IMG/VR virus record: IMGVR_UViG_3300042914_002215
DNA from: a virus
Strand: one strand, 5' to 3'
Length of the DNA: 64,000 nt
Shown here: positions 10,236-20,107 of the stretch, in pieces
How positions within the stretch are numbered: position 1 is the stretch's first letter
How the letters are laid out: each line of letters begins with the position of its first letter
Notes under the pieces: model-generated
Told to the model about the DNA's origin: nothing
Databases searched by the model: none
Seen by the model: only the letters and a program-made list of their open reading frames with translations
Translations under genes and position numbers: made by a program

Positions 10236-11579
10236 ATGTATTTGTCTGAAAATCTACAATCAAAATGGGAAAGCGTTCTGGATCATCCAGATATGCCAAA
10301 GATTGCTGACCCATATCGTAAAGCCGTTACAGCAGTCATTCTTGAGAACCAAGCTCAAGAAATGATCAAAGAAGGTGCAATCCTGAATGAAACAGGTTCA
10401 CCAACTAACTTTGCTGGTACAGGTGGTTTCAGTGGCGGTGCTGCTGCTGCTGGTCCAGTTGCTGGTTTTGATCCAATCCTGATCAGCCTGGTTCGTCGTT
10501 CACTACCTAATCTGATTGCGTATGACGTTTGCGGCGTTCAGCCAATGACAGGTCCTACAGGTCTGATTTTTGCGATGCGTACAAAATACTCATCACAAGG
10601 CGGTACAGAAGCATTCTACAACGAAGCTAACACAGCATTCTCTGGTGCTAATGGTGCTATCGTTGCTTCTTCAATGAGCATTTCTGGTAATACAACAGAC
10701 TATCTGTTTACAGGTAACGCTGCTCCAACAGGCGCAATGACAACTGGTTCTGCTGAAGCACTGGGTGATGGCGCTGCTGGTAACACATTCCAAGAAATGG
10801 CATTCTCAATTGAGAAAGTTACTGTAACAGCACGTACACGTGCTCTGAAAGCAGAATACTCAATGGAACTGGCACAAGACTTGAAAGCAGTTCATGGTCT
10901 TGACGCTGAGACAGAACTTGCAAACATTCTGTCTGCTGAAATTCTTGCTGAAATCAACCGTGAAGTTATCCGTACAATCTACAAGATTGCTAAGCCAGGT
11001 TGCCAAGCAGGTACAACAACCAAAGGTGCATTCAACTTAGACACAGACTCAAACGGTCGTTGGATGGTTGAAAAGATCAAAGGTCTGGCATTCCAGATTG
11101 AGCGTGAAGCAAATCAAATTGCAAAGACAACTCGTCGTGGTAAAGGTAACATCGTTATCTGTTCTTCAGACGTAGCATCTGCTCTTGCAATGGCTGGTAT
11201 CCTTGACTATAACTCAGCACTTGCTGGTCAAGTATCACTGACAGTTGACGATACAGGTAACACATTTGCTGGTACAATCTTCGGTCGTATCAAAGTTTAC
11301 ATCGATCCATACTTCCCAGTTGGCTCAACATCTGAGTTTGCTGTTGTAGGTTACAAGGGTACTAACGCATACGATGCTGGTATGTTCTACTGCCCATACG
11401 TTCCTCTACAAATGGTTCGTGCAGTTGATACTGGTACTTTCCAGCCAAAGATCGGCTTCAAGACTCGTTACGGTCTGGTAGCAAATCCATTCGCAGAAGG
11501 TACAGATCAAGGTCTTGGCGCTCTGAACGCACAGACAAACAACTACTACCGTGGTTTCCGTATTGCGAACCTGATGTAA
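10236..11579 (+). CDS. gp23: Major capsid protein
   Basis: GVQPMTGPTGLIFAMR, RALKAEYSMELAQDLKAVHGLDAE, FQPKIGFKTRYG. Confidence 0.98.
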   Translation: MYLSENLQSKWESVLDHPDMPKIADPYRKAVTAVILENQAQEMIKEGAILNETGSPTNFAGTGGFSGGAAAAGPVAGFDPILISLVRRSLPNLIAYDVCGVQPMTGPTGLIFAMRTKYSSQGGTEAFYNEANTAFSGANGAIVASSMSISGNTTDYLFTGNAAPTGAMTTGSAEALGDGAAGNTFQEMAFSIEKVTVTARTRALKAEYSMELAQDLKAVHGLDAETELANILSAEILAEINREVIRTIYKIAKPGCQAGTTTKGAFNLDTDSNGRWMVEKIKGLAFQIEREANQIAKTTRRGKGNIVICSSDVASALAMAGILDYNSALAGQVSLTVDDTGNTFAGTIFGRIKVYIDPYFPVGSTSEFAVVGYKGTNAYDAGMFYCPYVPLQMVRAVDTGTFQPKIGFKTRYGLVANPFAEGTDQGLGALNAQTNNYYRGFRIANLM

Positions 11580-11610
11580 TTGAAAAAGCCACCGCAGAGT
11601 GGTGTTTTAG

Positions 11611-11638
11611 AGAGGCTCCTTCGGGAGCCTCTTTTTTT
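11611..11638 (+). terminator. Intrinsic terminator after gp23 with UUCG tetraloop
   Basis: AGAGGCTCC-TTCG-GGAGCCTCT followed by T run. Confidence 0.92.
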
Positions 11639-11643
11639 ACGCA

Positions 11644-11651
11644 TATAAATA
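11644..11651 (+). promoter_or_regulatory. T4-type late promoter
   Basis: TATAAATA immediately after the gp23 terminator. Confidence 0.75.
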
Positions 11652-11656
11652 GGAGT

Positions 11657-11872
11657 ATGACTCAGATAATTATGATTACCGAGTTGCTTGACATACGCAA
11701 CCGTAAATTAAAAGAGTTACAGTTTTATACGGATCAACTTCAAGAACTGAAGTTGAAGATGGCATATATTCAACAAGAAATAGATTTGACTTCACGTATC
11801 ATAAAAATGATTGAGCAAGAATCGTTGGTCGATCTAAAACAATACATAAAAAATGACAGTTCTGACACGTAA
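11657..11872 (+). CDS. Hypothetical coiled-coil protein
   Basis: AGGAG SD; 71-aa ORF. Confidence 0.6.
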   Translation: MTQIIMITELLDIRNRKLKELQFYTDQLQELKLKMAYIQQEIDLTSRIIKMIEQESLVDLKQYIKNDSSDT

Positions 11873-12392
11873 TCCGACTAATCCAAACAGTCTACAGCCG
11901 AATAAGTTCACGCTGAATTTCTCACGTGCGCCTAATCTCCAATATTTTTGTCAGACTATTTCACTACCAGGTCTTTCAACATCTGAAATTCCAGTGCAGA
12001 ACCCGTTCGTTGAACTATATGCACCAGGTGAAAAGACTGTGTATGATGTACTTAACATTACCTTTATTGTTGATGCTGAGATGAAGAGTTGGTTGGAAGT
12101 ACATGATTGGATTCGTGCGATGACATTCCCGACAGAGTATGAAGAGTATCAGAATCTTGGTAAATTAACACAGTTCAATACAGCACAAGTCACTGCAACG
12201 CCACAATATGCAGATGGCGCAGTTACAATTTTATCAGCATCAAATAAACCATATTATCGTTTCAACTTCAAAGATTTATTTCCAATCTCATTGTCTGGCT
12301 TTGTAGTATCATCTACCGACACACCAGATACCATTATTACAGCAGACGCTACCTTCAGATTTACCTATTATAACGTAGAAAAATTATTCTAA
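11853..12392 (+). CDS. gp3: Tail tube terminator/completion protein (gp3-like)
   Basis: tube-like fold motifs (YFCQTISLPG, FKDLFPISLS, ADATFRFTYY); position before uvsY. Confidence 0.85.
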   Translation: MTVLTRNPTNPNSLQPNKFTLNFSRAPNLQYFCQTISLPGLSTSEIPVQNPFVELYAPGEKTVYDVLNITFIVDAEMKSWLEVHDWIRAMTFPTEYEEYQNLGKLTQFNTAQVTATPQYADGAVTILSASNKPYYRFNFKDLFPISLSGFVVSSTDTPDTIITADATFRFTYYNVEKLF

Positions 12393-12395
12393 TTG

Positions 12396-12404
12396 TGATA
12401 TAAT
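12396..12404 (+). promoter_or_regulatory. Extended -10 sigma70-type promoter for uvsY operon
   Basis: TGnTATAAT upstream of the uvsY SD. Confidence 0.5.
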
Positions 12405-12424
12405 TCCCGTAAGGGAGATAAACT

Positions 12425-12859
12425 ATGAGCAAACTTGACGAAGTATTACAAATGTGGACTGCGGATTCTAATATCGACCGCACTGAACCAGGTAAGGCAC
12501 TGATTGACATTCCAAAATTACATTCCAAATATCTGAATATCTTATCGTCACATCGGCTACTGGCCAAAGAAGCAGAGTTTCAGTATAATAAATGGCGAAA
12601 GTTAAAATGGGAATACTATACAGGTAAACTAGATGAAGATGATCTAGCAAAATATGGATGGCAGCCATTTCCTTATACCCTCAAATCAGAGATCAATACA
12701 TACTTAGAAGCAGATGAAGATATCAATAAGTATCTTGCAAGAAAACTTTTGCATGAAGAGATTGTTGATGTTTGCCAAGCCATACTAAAAGAATTGAACA
12801 ATAGAACGTGGGAACTTCGTTCATTTATTGATTGGGAAAAGTTTATTCAAGGTGTCTGA
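12425..12859 (+). CDS. uvsY: Recombination mediator UvsY
   Basis: IPKLHSKYL, KWEYYTGK, IDWEKF. Confidence 0.9.
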   Translation: MSKLDEVLQMWTADSNIDRTEPGKALIDIPKLHSKYLNILSSHRLLAKEAEFQYNKWRKLKWEYYTGKLDEDDLAKYGWQPFPYTLKSEINTYLEADEDINKYLARKLLHEEIVDVCQAILKELNNRTWELRSFIDWEKFIQGV

Positions 12860-14333
12860 TATTGTTCTCTACAAGCAAAATGAAGCATTCATCAAGTTTG
12901 ACTGTGAAAAAAGTATTGCACAAGAACTTGCCGACTACTTCACATTCTTTGTACCAGGTTATCAGTTTATGCCTGCGTACAAGAATCGTCTTTGGGATGG
13001 TAAGATAAGACTTGCTGATTTACGTACATATACTATCTATCATGGTCTTGTGCCGTACATTGAAAAGTTTTGTGAAGAAAGAGATTACAAACTTGAGATT
13101 GATTCGCCAGTAACTAGCACAGAGAACTTCTCAGCATTAGAAGCCAAAGAGTTTATACAGCAACTTCATCTAGACAAAAGCATTATAACAGAGGGTGTCA
13201 GGGAATATCAAGTCAAAGCCTTCTTATTTGCCGTAAGAAATAGACGAATGCTGTTATTATCACCGACTGGTTCTGGTAAATCTTTGATTCAGTATCTCAT
13301 TCTTAGGTATTTGCAACACAAAGGTTACAAGAAAGGACTGCTAATTGTTCCTACAACTTCTCTTGTTGAGCAAATGTATGCTGATTTTGTATCATATGGC
13401 TATGATGCCGCAGAGTATGCCCATAGACAGTATTCGGGAAAAGACAAGCATACAGATAAGTTTCTAACTATTACCACGTGGCAATCTATCTACAAGAATC
13501 CACCCGAATACTTTGAACAATTTGATTTTGTATTAGGTGATGAAGCACATCAGTTCAAAGCAAAGTCATTGACTACCATCATGACTGGTCTGAAGAATGC
13601 CGGATATAGAATAGGCTGTACAGGTACGATTGATGGTACGCAAACACATAAGTTGGTTCTAGAAGGTTTGTTTGGTCCAGTATATCAGTCTACTACCACA
13701 GCAAAACTAATTGAGAACAAGCAACTTGCAGACTTTCGTATCAAGTGTTTGGTACTGAAGTATCCAGATAACGTTTGCAAGATGTCACGTGAATGGGACT
13801 ATCAATCGGAAATAGACTACATAGTTAGTAGTAAAGCACGAAATGAGTTTGTTCGGAATCTAGCCTTGTCATTAGAGGGCAATTCACTTATATTATTCAA
13901 TCTGGTAGAGAAACATGGTAAACAACTTTACAAACTCATTAAAGAAAAAGCTGGTGACAGGCACGTTTTTTTTGTGTATGGTGGAACAGATGTGGAAGTC
14001 CGTGAGCAAGTCCGTTCAATAACGGAGAAACAGAATGGTGCGATTATTGTGGCTTCTTATGGTACATTCAGCACTGGTATTAACATTCGTAATCTTCACA
14101 ATGTTGTCTTTGCATCACCGTCTAAGTCTAGAGTTCGTAATCTACAGTCCATCGGCAGAGGTTTACGAATCGGAGACAATAAAACAGAAGCCGTTCTGTA
14201 TGATTTAGCAGACGATTTTCGTATTGGTAAACATGTCAACTTCACATTGAAACATCTCCAGGAACGTGTTAGAATATACGATGACGAAAAATTCAAGTAT
14301 AAATTTTACAATATAGAGGTCAAGAATGCATAA
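12852..14333 (+). CDS. uvsW: SF2 helicase UvsW
   Basis: WDGKIRL, SPTGSGKS, GDEAH, LQSIGRGLR. Confidence 0.95.
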   Translation: MSDIVLYKQNEAFIKFDCEKSIAQELADYFTFFVPGYQFMPAYKNRLWDGKIRLADLRTYTIYHGLVPYIEKFCEERDYKLEIDSPVTSTENFSALEAKEFIQQLHLDKSIITEGVREYQVKAFLFAVRNRRMLLLSPTGSGKSLIQYLILRYLQHKGYKKGLLIVPTTSLVEQMYADFVSYGYDAAEYAHRQYSGKDKHTDKFLTITTWQSIYKNPPEYFEQFDFVLGDEAHQFKAKSLTTIMTGLKNAGYRIGCTGTIDGTQTHKLVLEGLFGPVYQSTTTAKLIENKQLADFRIKCLVLKYPDNVCKMSREWDYQSEIDYIVSSKARNEFVRNLALSLEGNSLILFNLVEKHGKQLYKLIKEKAGDRHVFFVYGGTDVEVREQVRSITEKQNGAIIVASYGTFSTGINIRNLHNVVFASPSKSRVRNLQSIGRGLRIGDNKTEAVLYDLADDFRIGKHVNFTLKHLQERVRIYDDEKFKYKFYNIEVKNA

Positions 14334-14748
14334 CGTAAAACTTATAAGAATGCAATCTGGTGAAGATATTATGGCTTCTATGTTTGAGCAGGAAGATTCA
14401 GAACAAGTTCAACTCAATGATCCTATGCGTTTGGTATTTCGTCGTATGCCTACAGGTCAAACTGTAATGATGATGATGCCTTGGTTGCCAGTTGAATTGA
14501 TCAAAGAGAACTCAGCATTAGTATATACTTCTGATATCGTCACAGTTATAGATCCAAAAGAATCTATGATTCGTTATTATGATAAGTTAGTTGAAAGAAC
14601 AATAAATGATATGGCAGATTCAGACAAAATGCTTGATCAGTTATTGGAAGAACAGGAAGAAGAAGAGGATGAAAGTCAACAACAAGAAGAAATGATGCAA
14701 GAGTTGTTGCAACACATTCAGGAAGTAAAAAATAAAAAGTTACATTAA
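14326..14748 (+). CDS. Conserved T4-like hypothetical protein
   Basis: KLIRMQSGEDI...PW pattern; follows uvsW. Confidence 0.6.
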   Translation: MHNVKLIRMQSGEDIMASMFEQEDSEQVQLNDPMRLVFRRMPTGQTVMMMMPWLPVELIKENSALVYTSDIVTVIDPKESMIRYYDKLVERTINDMADSDKMLDQLLEEQEEEEDESQQQEEMMQELLQHIQEVKNKKLH

Positions 14749-14762
14749 AAGGAATTTTTGTT

Positions 14763-16286
14763 ATGTCAAAAGTGGTGACATTTGTTATACCGAGCAGTGC
14801 TGCACAAGCATACCAAGCACTTGCAAATAAATATTCTGCTATTGAACCTCCAACATGGGCATTATTGTTAGCCAATGCTGTTCGTGTTGAAGGTTATGAC
14901 CCATGTATTTTAGACTTTGATGCCGAGCCAGCAAGGGACTATGAACATGCTGCACATCAAATTGCAGAAACAGGAACAGATATAGCAGTCTTTGTTCTTT
15001 ACGGACAAAATCCAAACTCAGGCACCACAATGATGATTGGTGCATCCAAGTTAGCAACACAACTCAAACTTTCCTATCCTTCAATCAAGATCGTATTCAT
15101 CGGTTCACATGCATCTGCATTGCCATATGAAGTCATTGGTCTATCATATGTTGATTTTGTATTCATTAATGAAGGCGTATATGGTCTGTTAGATTTGTTG
15201 CAGACAAACTATGTTGATGGTTTAGATAAAGTTCGTGGTCTTGTTTATAAGAAACATGGATTTGCTGCAACTGGTGCACCGGGTGAGATTGTACAAACAA
15301 AAGACATGGATCGTGTGATGCCTGGTTATGCATGGGATTTGTTACCAAAGAAAAGAAAACTGTTAGACAAATATCGTGCTCACTATTGGCACAACTACTT
15401 CAAAGATGATGATGGACGTACACCGTTTGCTGCTATCTCAACATCATTAGGTTGTTCGTTCGGCTGTAACTTCTGTATGATCAACATTGTGAATCGTACA
15501 TCATATGAACAAGGTACAGTATCATCTGACTCACGTGGTATGCGTTTCTGGTCACCTGAATTGATGCTCAAAGAGTTTGAATATCTGTATGAGAATGGTG
15601 TTCGTACAGTTCGTCTAACAGATGAGATGTTCTTTTTGAATAAAAAGTATTACATACCAATTCTTGAAGGCATCAAACAGCGTGGTATGGACTTCAACTT
15701 CTGGGCATATGCACGTGTTGATTCTGTGCGTAAAGATCAATTAGAGTTATTCAAAGAAGCAGGTGTGAATTGGCTGTGCCTTGGTATTGAAGCAGCAAAT
15801 CAAAACGTGAGACTTGAAATTGAAAAAGGTAAGTTTGAAGATGTAGACATTCGTCGTGTTGTTTCTGACATCAAAGCAGCCGACATTAACATACTTGGTA
15901 ATTACATGTTTGGTTTTCCTGAAGATACAATGGAAACAATGCAAGAAACACTTGATCTGTCACTTGAATTGAATACAGAACATGCCAATTTCTATGCGGC
16001 AATGGCATTGCCAGGTAGTCCACTGTACATGTACGCAAAGAACAATGGATGGGAATTGCCAGAAAGATTTGAAGAGTTTGCATTCTTGTCTTATGACTGC
16101 AAACCACTACGCACAAAGACACTTGAAGGTGCAGAAGTGTTGAAGTTCCGTGATGAAGCATGGCACAAATACTTCTCACATGAGCCGTTCTTGAATCTTG
16201 TTGAAACAAAGTTTGGTGCAGACTCACGTGCAAACATTGAACAGATGTCAAAAATAAAATTGAAACGAAAAATACTTGGAGATTGA
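14763..16286 (+). CDS. Cobalamin-binding radical SAM enzyme
   Basis: N-terminal B12-binding-like domain (IGSHASALP, FINEG); SLGCSFGCNFC CxxxCxxC; LTDEMF, YARVD, LGIE, YMFGFPEDT. Confidence 0.9.
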   Translation: MSKVVTFVIPSSAAQAYQALANKYSAIEPPTWALLLANAVRVEGYDPCILDFDAEPARDYEHAAHQIAETGTDIAVFVLYGQNPNSGTTMMIGASKLATQLKLSYPSIKIVFIGSHASALPYEVIGLSYVDFVFINEGVYGLLDLLQTNYVDGLDKVRGLVYKKHGFAATGAPGEIVQTKDMDRVMPGYAWDLLPKKRKLLDKYRAHYWHNYFKDDDGRTPFAAISTSLGCSFGCNFCMINIVNRTSYEQGTVSSDSRGMRFWSPELMLKEFEYLYENGVRTVRLTDEMFFLNKKYYIPILEGIKQRGMDFNFWAYARVDSVRKDQLELFKEAGVNWLCLGIEAANQNVRLEIEKGKFEDVDIRRVVSDIKAADINILGNYMFGFPEDTMETMQETLDLSLELNTEHANFYAAMALPGSPLYMYAKNNGWELPERFEEFAFLSYDCKPLRTKTLEGAEVLKFRDEAWHKYFSHEPFLNLVETKFGADSRANIEQMSKIKLKRKILGD

Positions 16287-16288
16287 TT

Positions 16289-17059
16289 ATGGATTTGCAG
16301 AGACAAGCAAACTTATATCGTAAAGAATTATTTGAGAAGTTTGTAGAAGTTGGACAGGGACATCCTGGTTCTACATTCTCAATGTTAGAGATTGTGACTA
16401 CACTTTATCATGGCGGCTATGTTGGCTTTGAAGATAAAGTTCTTATCAGCAAAGGACATGCAACTGTTGCACTTTATCCTATTCTGAAAAACTTTGGAGT
16501 TATTGCTGAAGAAGATTGGAATAATTGGGGCAAAGGATTACCATCATGCTTGCGTGTGTTTGGTAACATTTCTATTCCAGGCATTGACATGACTTCAGGT
16601 TCATTGGGACATGGCGTTGGTGTTGGTGCAGGCATGGCAATTGGCAATCCAGATAGTCATGTGTATACAATCATCTCGGAAGGTGAACTGTATGAAGGTT
16701 CAACATGGGAAGGATTATTGTTCGTTGCACACCGTCAGTTGAAAAACATGACAATCTTTATTGATGTAAACAATCTTATTATTCTAGGAAAAACTGATGA
16801 TTGTCTGCGCCTTAATTCTATCAAAGACAAGCTATCTGGGTTTGAGTTTGATATTTACACTGTCGATGGTCACAACACAAACTCTATACAAGCAGCCTTG
16901 GATGCAGCCTCTAATCAACCAAAAATAATTATTGCAAACACTGTCAAAGGTAAAGGTTTTTCATTGATGGAGAACAAACCAGAATGGCATTACATGCAAG
17001 CAATTACACCAGAACAAATTGAACAGTGCCGTAAGGAGATTAATGATGCTACAGCGTGA
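16289..17059 (+). CDS. Transketolase-like protein, N-terminal (TPP-binding) subunit
   Basis: GHPGS, SKGHA, SGSLGHG, SEGELYEG..WE, VDGHN, TVKGKG. Confidence 0.9.
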   Translation: MDLQRQANLYRKELFEKFVEVGQGHPGSTFSMLEIVTTLYHGGYVGFEDKVLISKGHATVALYPILKNFGVIAEEDWNNWGKGLPSCLRVFGNISIPGIDMTSGSLGHGVGVGAGMAIGNPDSHVYTIISEGELYEGSTWEGLLFVAHRQLKNMTIFIDVNNLIILGKTDDCLRLNSIKDKLSGFEFDIYTVDGHNTNSIQAALDAASNQPKIIIANTVKGKGFSLMENKPEWHYMQAITPEQIEQCRKEINDATA

Positions 17060-17957
17060 TGCATTTATTGAAGAAGTAAAGAAACGTTTAGAGACTGATA
17101 AAGATATTTACTTTCTGTCTGCTGACTTTGGTGCAGCAGCGTTAGATAGTCTACGTGAAGAGTATCCAGATAACTTTGTTCACTGCGGTATCTCAGAGCA
17201 AGCAATGCTTGACATTGCAACTGGTCTTGCATTGCAAGGTAAAAAAGTATTCTGTTACGCCATGGCACCATTCATCTCACTCCGTGCTATTGAACAAATC
17301 AAATGCGGTCCATCAATGATGAATCTGCCTATTGCTATTCTTTCTGTTGGTATTGGTATTGGATATGCTGATGCCGGTCCTACTCATTACATCACAGAAG
17401 ATTTTGCATGTATGCGTTCAATCATCAATCTGAATGTATACACATTAGCAGATGCAAGTTCGGCTAAACGATTGGCTAATCAAGTATTAGACAATCCAGA
17501 ACTGTGTTACATTCGTTTTGATCGTCATGATCAACCAGAACTACCAGTAACTAATTTTAAGAATGATCTGACTTATCGTTTGATTGGTGATACTGTTGAT
17601 AAATCAAAAGTGTTATTGATTGGCTCGGGTAAAATGTCTCACATTATAAGTGAAGTGTGTAGAGAAAGAGATGATGTTGTTGGTGTTGATTTGATTCGTG
17701 CCAAACCATTTCCATTTTCTTTCTCTAACTTGTTGACTGAGTGTAAGGGTGTAATTGTTGTTGATGAACAAACACCATGCGGCTCATTGGGTGCAGCAGT
17801 CATGGAAGATATGGCATCAAACTCCATATTAAAACCTATACACGTTATCACATTGCCAGAACAATATTTGTTTGAGAATGGTGGTCGTGAATATTTGTTG
17901 AAGAAACATGGTCTGAGCAAAGAAAATATCATACAAAAACTGAATGATTATTTCTAA
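17043..17957 (+). CDS. Transketolase-like protein, C-terminal subunit
   Basis: LSADFG, GISEQAM, RAIEQIK, AGPTH. Confidence 0.9.
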   Translation: MMLQRDAFIEEVKKRLETDKDIYFLSADFGAAALDSLREEYPDNFVHCGISEQAMLDIATGLALQGKKVFCYAMAPFISLRAIEQIKCGPSMMNLPIAILSVGIGIGYADAGPTHYITEDFACMRSIINLNVYTLADASSAKRLANQVLDNPELCYIRFDRHDQPELPVTNFKNDLTYRLIGDTVDKSKVLLIGSGKMSHIISEVCRERDDVVGVDLIRAKPFPFSFSNLLTECKGVIVVDEQTPCGSLGAAVMEDMASNSILKPIHVITLPEQYLFENGGREYLLKKHGLSKENIIQKLNDYF

Positions 17958-18930
17958 AACACCGTATAGACTGTCACTATTTGGTGGTGGTACAGATTAT
18001 CCAGCGTGGTTTGAAACGAAACAAACGAAGATAATCTCGGCTGCTATGGCACATTATTGCTATGTCAGTTTGAAGAAACTGCCGCCATACTTTGATTATG
18101 TAAATAGAGTTATCTACTCAAAGATAGAGAGTGTAAAAGACATTTCAGATATAGATCATCCTTCTGTAAGGGAGTGTTTGAAATACTATGGAATACCTAA
18201 TGGCATTTCTATTAGCCATGACGGCGATCTACCTGCTCGGTCTGGCATTGGCTCATCTTCTTCATTTACTGTTGGACTAATCAATGCTATTCATACTTAC
18301 TTAGGGTATCGTAAAGTAAGTAAATTCCAATTAGCAAGTGAAGCAATCAATATTGAACAAAACTATATTGGTGAATCTGTTGGTGTGCAAGATCAAATTA
18401 TGGCTGCATATGGTGGCATTCGTGTCATTGAATTATCTGGTGCTAATATCAATGTTCGTGATCTGAGAGTGAAAGATAGTTATGTTCTTGATCTTGAAGA
18501 ACACATCATGTTGGGCTTTTCTGGTATAGATAGACTTTCTGACGTACATGCCAAACAACAGGTGCAGTCAATCAAAGAAGGTAAGTCGGTCAAATTATTG
18601 GAAGAAATAGCATCTATTACAAATAATGCATTGCATATATTTGAAAGTTATGGTAAAATAAAAGAAATAGGTGAGTTGTTAGACTATCAGTGGAAACGCA
18701 AACGTGAACTCACGAATAGTGTTACAACTGATTACATAGATAACATATACACTAAAGCAATGAATGCTGGTGCGTATGGTGGTAAGTTGATGGGTGCAGG
18801 TGGTGGTGGATTCTTTATGTTTCTTGCACCACCAGATGCACATGAGAAAATAAAACAAGCAATACCTGAAATCAACGTATGGGTGCCTTTTGCATTTGAT
18901 TACGAAGGCTCAAAAATTATTATGGAGTGA
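17944..18930 (+). CDS. GHMP sugar kinase, HddA-like heptose-7-phosphate 1-kinase
   Basis: TPYRLSLFGGGTDYP, LPARSGIGSSS, GVQDQ, GGKLMGAGGGGF. Confidence 0.88.
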   Translation: MIISKTPYRLSLFGGGTDYPAWFETKQTKIISAAMAHYCYVSLKKLPPYFDYVNRVIYSKIESVKDISDIDHPSVRECLKYYGIPNGISISHDGDLPARSGIGSSSSFTVGLINAIHTYLGYRKVSKFQLASEAINIEQNYIGESVGVQDQIMAAYGGIRVIELSGANINVRDLRVKDSYVLDLEEHIMLGFSGIDRLSDVHAKQQVQSIKEGKSVKLLEEIASITNNALHIFESYGKIKEIGELLDYQWKRKRELTNSVTTDYIDNIYTKAMNAGAYGGKLMGAGGGGFFMFLAPPDAHEKIKQAIPEINVWVPFAFDYEGSKIIME

Positions 18931-18932
18931 TT

Positions 18933-20105
18933 ATGAAGTACCCACTAATGTCAGACAATATTACTAGAGAAGATTTAGATTTGGTAATAGAGCATCTCAA
19001 AAAAGGTAATCCAAAACTAACTAATGGTCCAGAGTGCCGTGCTTTTGAAGAAGCATGGAGCAAATGGTTGGGTGTAAAGTATTCTGTGTTTGTAAACTCA
19101 GGTGCTTCTGCTAATCTATTGTCTATGACAATGTTGAAGATTCTACATCCAGAAGGCGGTGAAGTTATCGTGCCACCATTCACATGGATATCTGATGTTG
19201 CATCTGTTCTACAGTGTGGTTTTACACCAGTGTTTGTTGACATTGACTTGAATACACTTGGCATGAACACTGAAGGTATTCTCAAAGCAATTACACCAAA
19301 AACACGTGCAGTGTTTCTTACATATGCACAAGGCTTCAACTGTCTTACAGACGAATTGTTATTGAAACTACAAGCACTCAATATTCCATTGATTGAAGAT
19401 GTGTGTGAATCACATGGCGCAAAACACAACGACCAATTATTAGGTAGTTTTGGTTGGATGTCTAATTTCTCATTCTACTTTGCACATCATATGTCAACGA
19501 TTGAGGGTGGTATGGTATGCACAAACGATGAAAATGTATATCACACAGTTCGTATGCTTCGTTCACATGGCATGGTGCGTGAGTGTGGTTCAGAAAGCAT
19601 GAAGCAATCATATCAGGACATGTATCCTGAACTCAATCCTGATTTTATCTTTGCGTATCCAGCATATAACATGCGTAACACAGAGATTGGTGGTATACTT
19701 GGCCAGAATCAGTTGAAATATTTGGATGAAAATGTGTCCAAACGAAATGATAATTTACTTTACTTCATGAATAAATTGGATGGAACAAAATATAAAGTAG
19801 ATTTTAATTATGATGGTTGCAGTAACTATGCATTCAATATTGTGCTACAACCAGAATATGCCAACAAAGATTTTGCACAAAGACTCATGCACAAAATGCG
19901 TGATAATGAGATAGAGTATCGTCGTGGTTCTGCTGGTGGTGGTAATCAGTTGCGTCAGCCATATCTGACTGGTGTGTACGGTGATCATTACTTAGATTTT
20001 CCTAACACAGAACACATGCACTTCTACTCATTCTATATTGGAAATTATCCAACATTGAGTAAGATGGCAATTGATGAAATAACTGGCGTATTGAATAGGG
20101 TGTAA
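18933..20105 (+). CDS. DegT/DnrJ-family PLP enzyme, ColD-like NDP-4-keto-6-deoxysugar 3-dehydratase
   Basis: VNSGASANL, EDVCESHG, SFYFAHHMSTIEGG (His in place of Schiff-base Lys). Confidence 0.85.
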   Translation: MKYPLMSDNITREDLDLVIEHLKKGNPKLTNGPECRAFEEAWSKWLGVKYSVFVNSGASANLLSMTMLKILHPEGGEVIVPPFTWISDVASVLQCGFTPVFVDIDLNTLGMNTEGILKAITPKTRAVFLTYAQGFNCLTDELLLKLQALNIPLIEDVCESHGAKHNDQLLGSFGWMSNFSFYFAHHMSTIEGGMVCTNDENVYHTVRMLRSHGMVRECGSESMKQSYQDMYPELNPDFIFAYPAYNMRNTEIGGILGQNQLKYLDENVSKRNDNLLYFMNKLDGTKYKVDFNYDGCSNYAFNIVLQPEYANKDFAQRLMHKMRDNEIEYRRGSAGGGNQLRQPYLTGVYGDHYLDFPNTEHMHFYSFYIGNYPTLSKMAIDEITGVLNRV

Positions 20106-20107
20106 TT

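Noticed and set aside
11589-11602. Small CCAC-CGCAGA-GTGG hairpin sharing CCGCAGAG with 55202-55209
   Set aside because: Only an 8-nt match with 4-5 bp stems; could be chance.
18933-20105. Sugar aminotransferase
   Set aside because: The catalytic Lys position is His (AHHMS), typical of ColD/E1 dehydratases.
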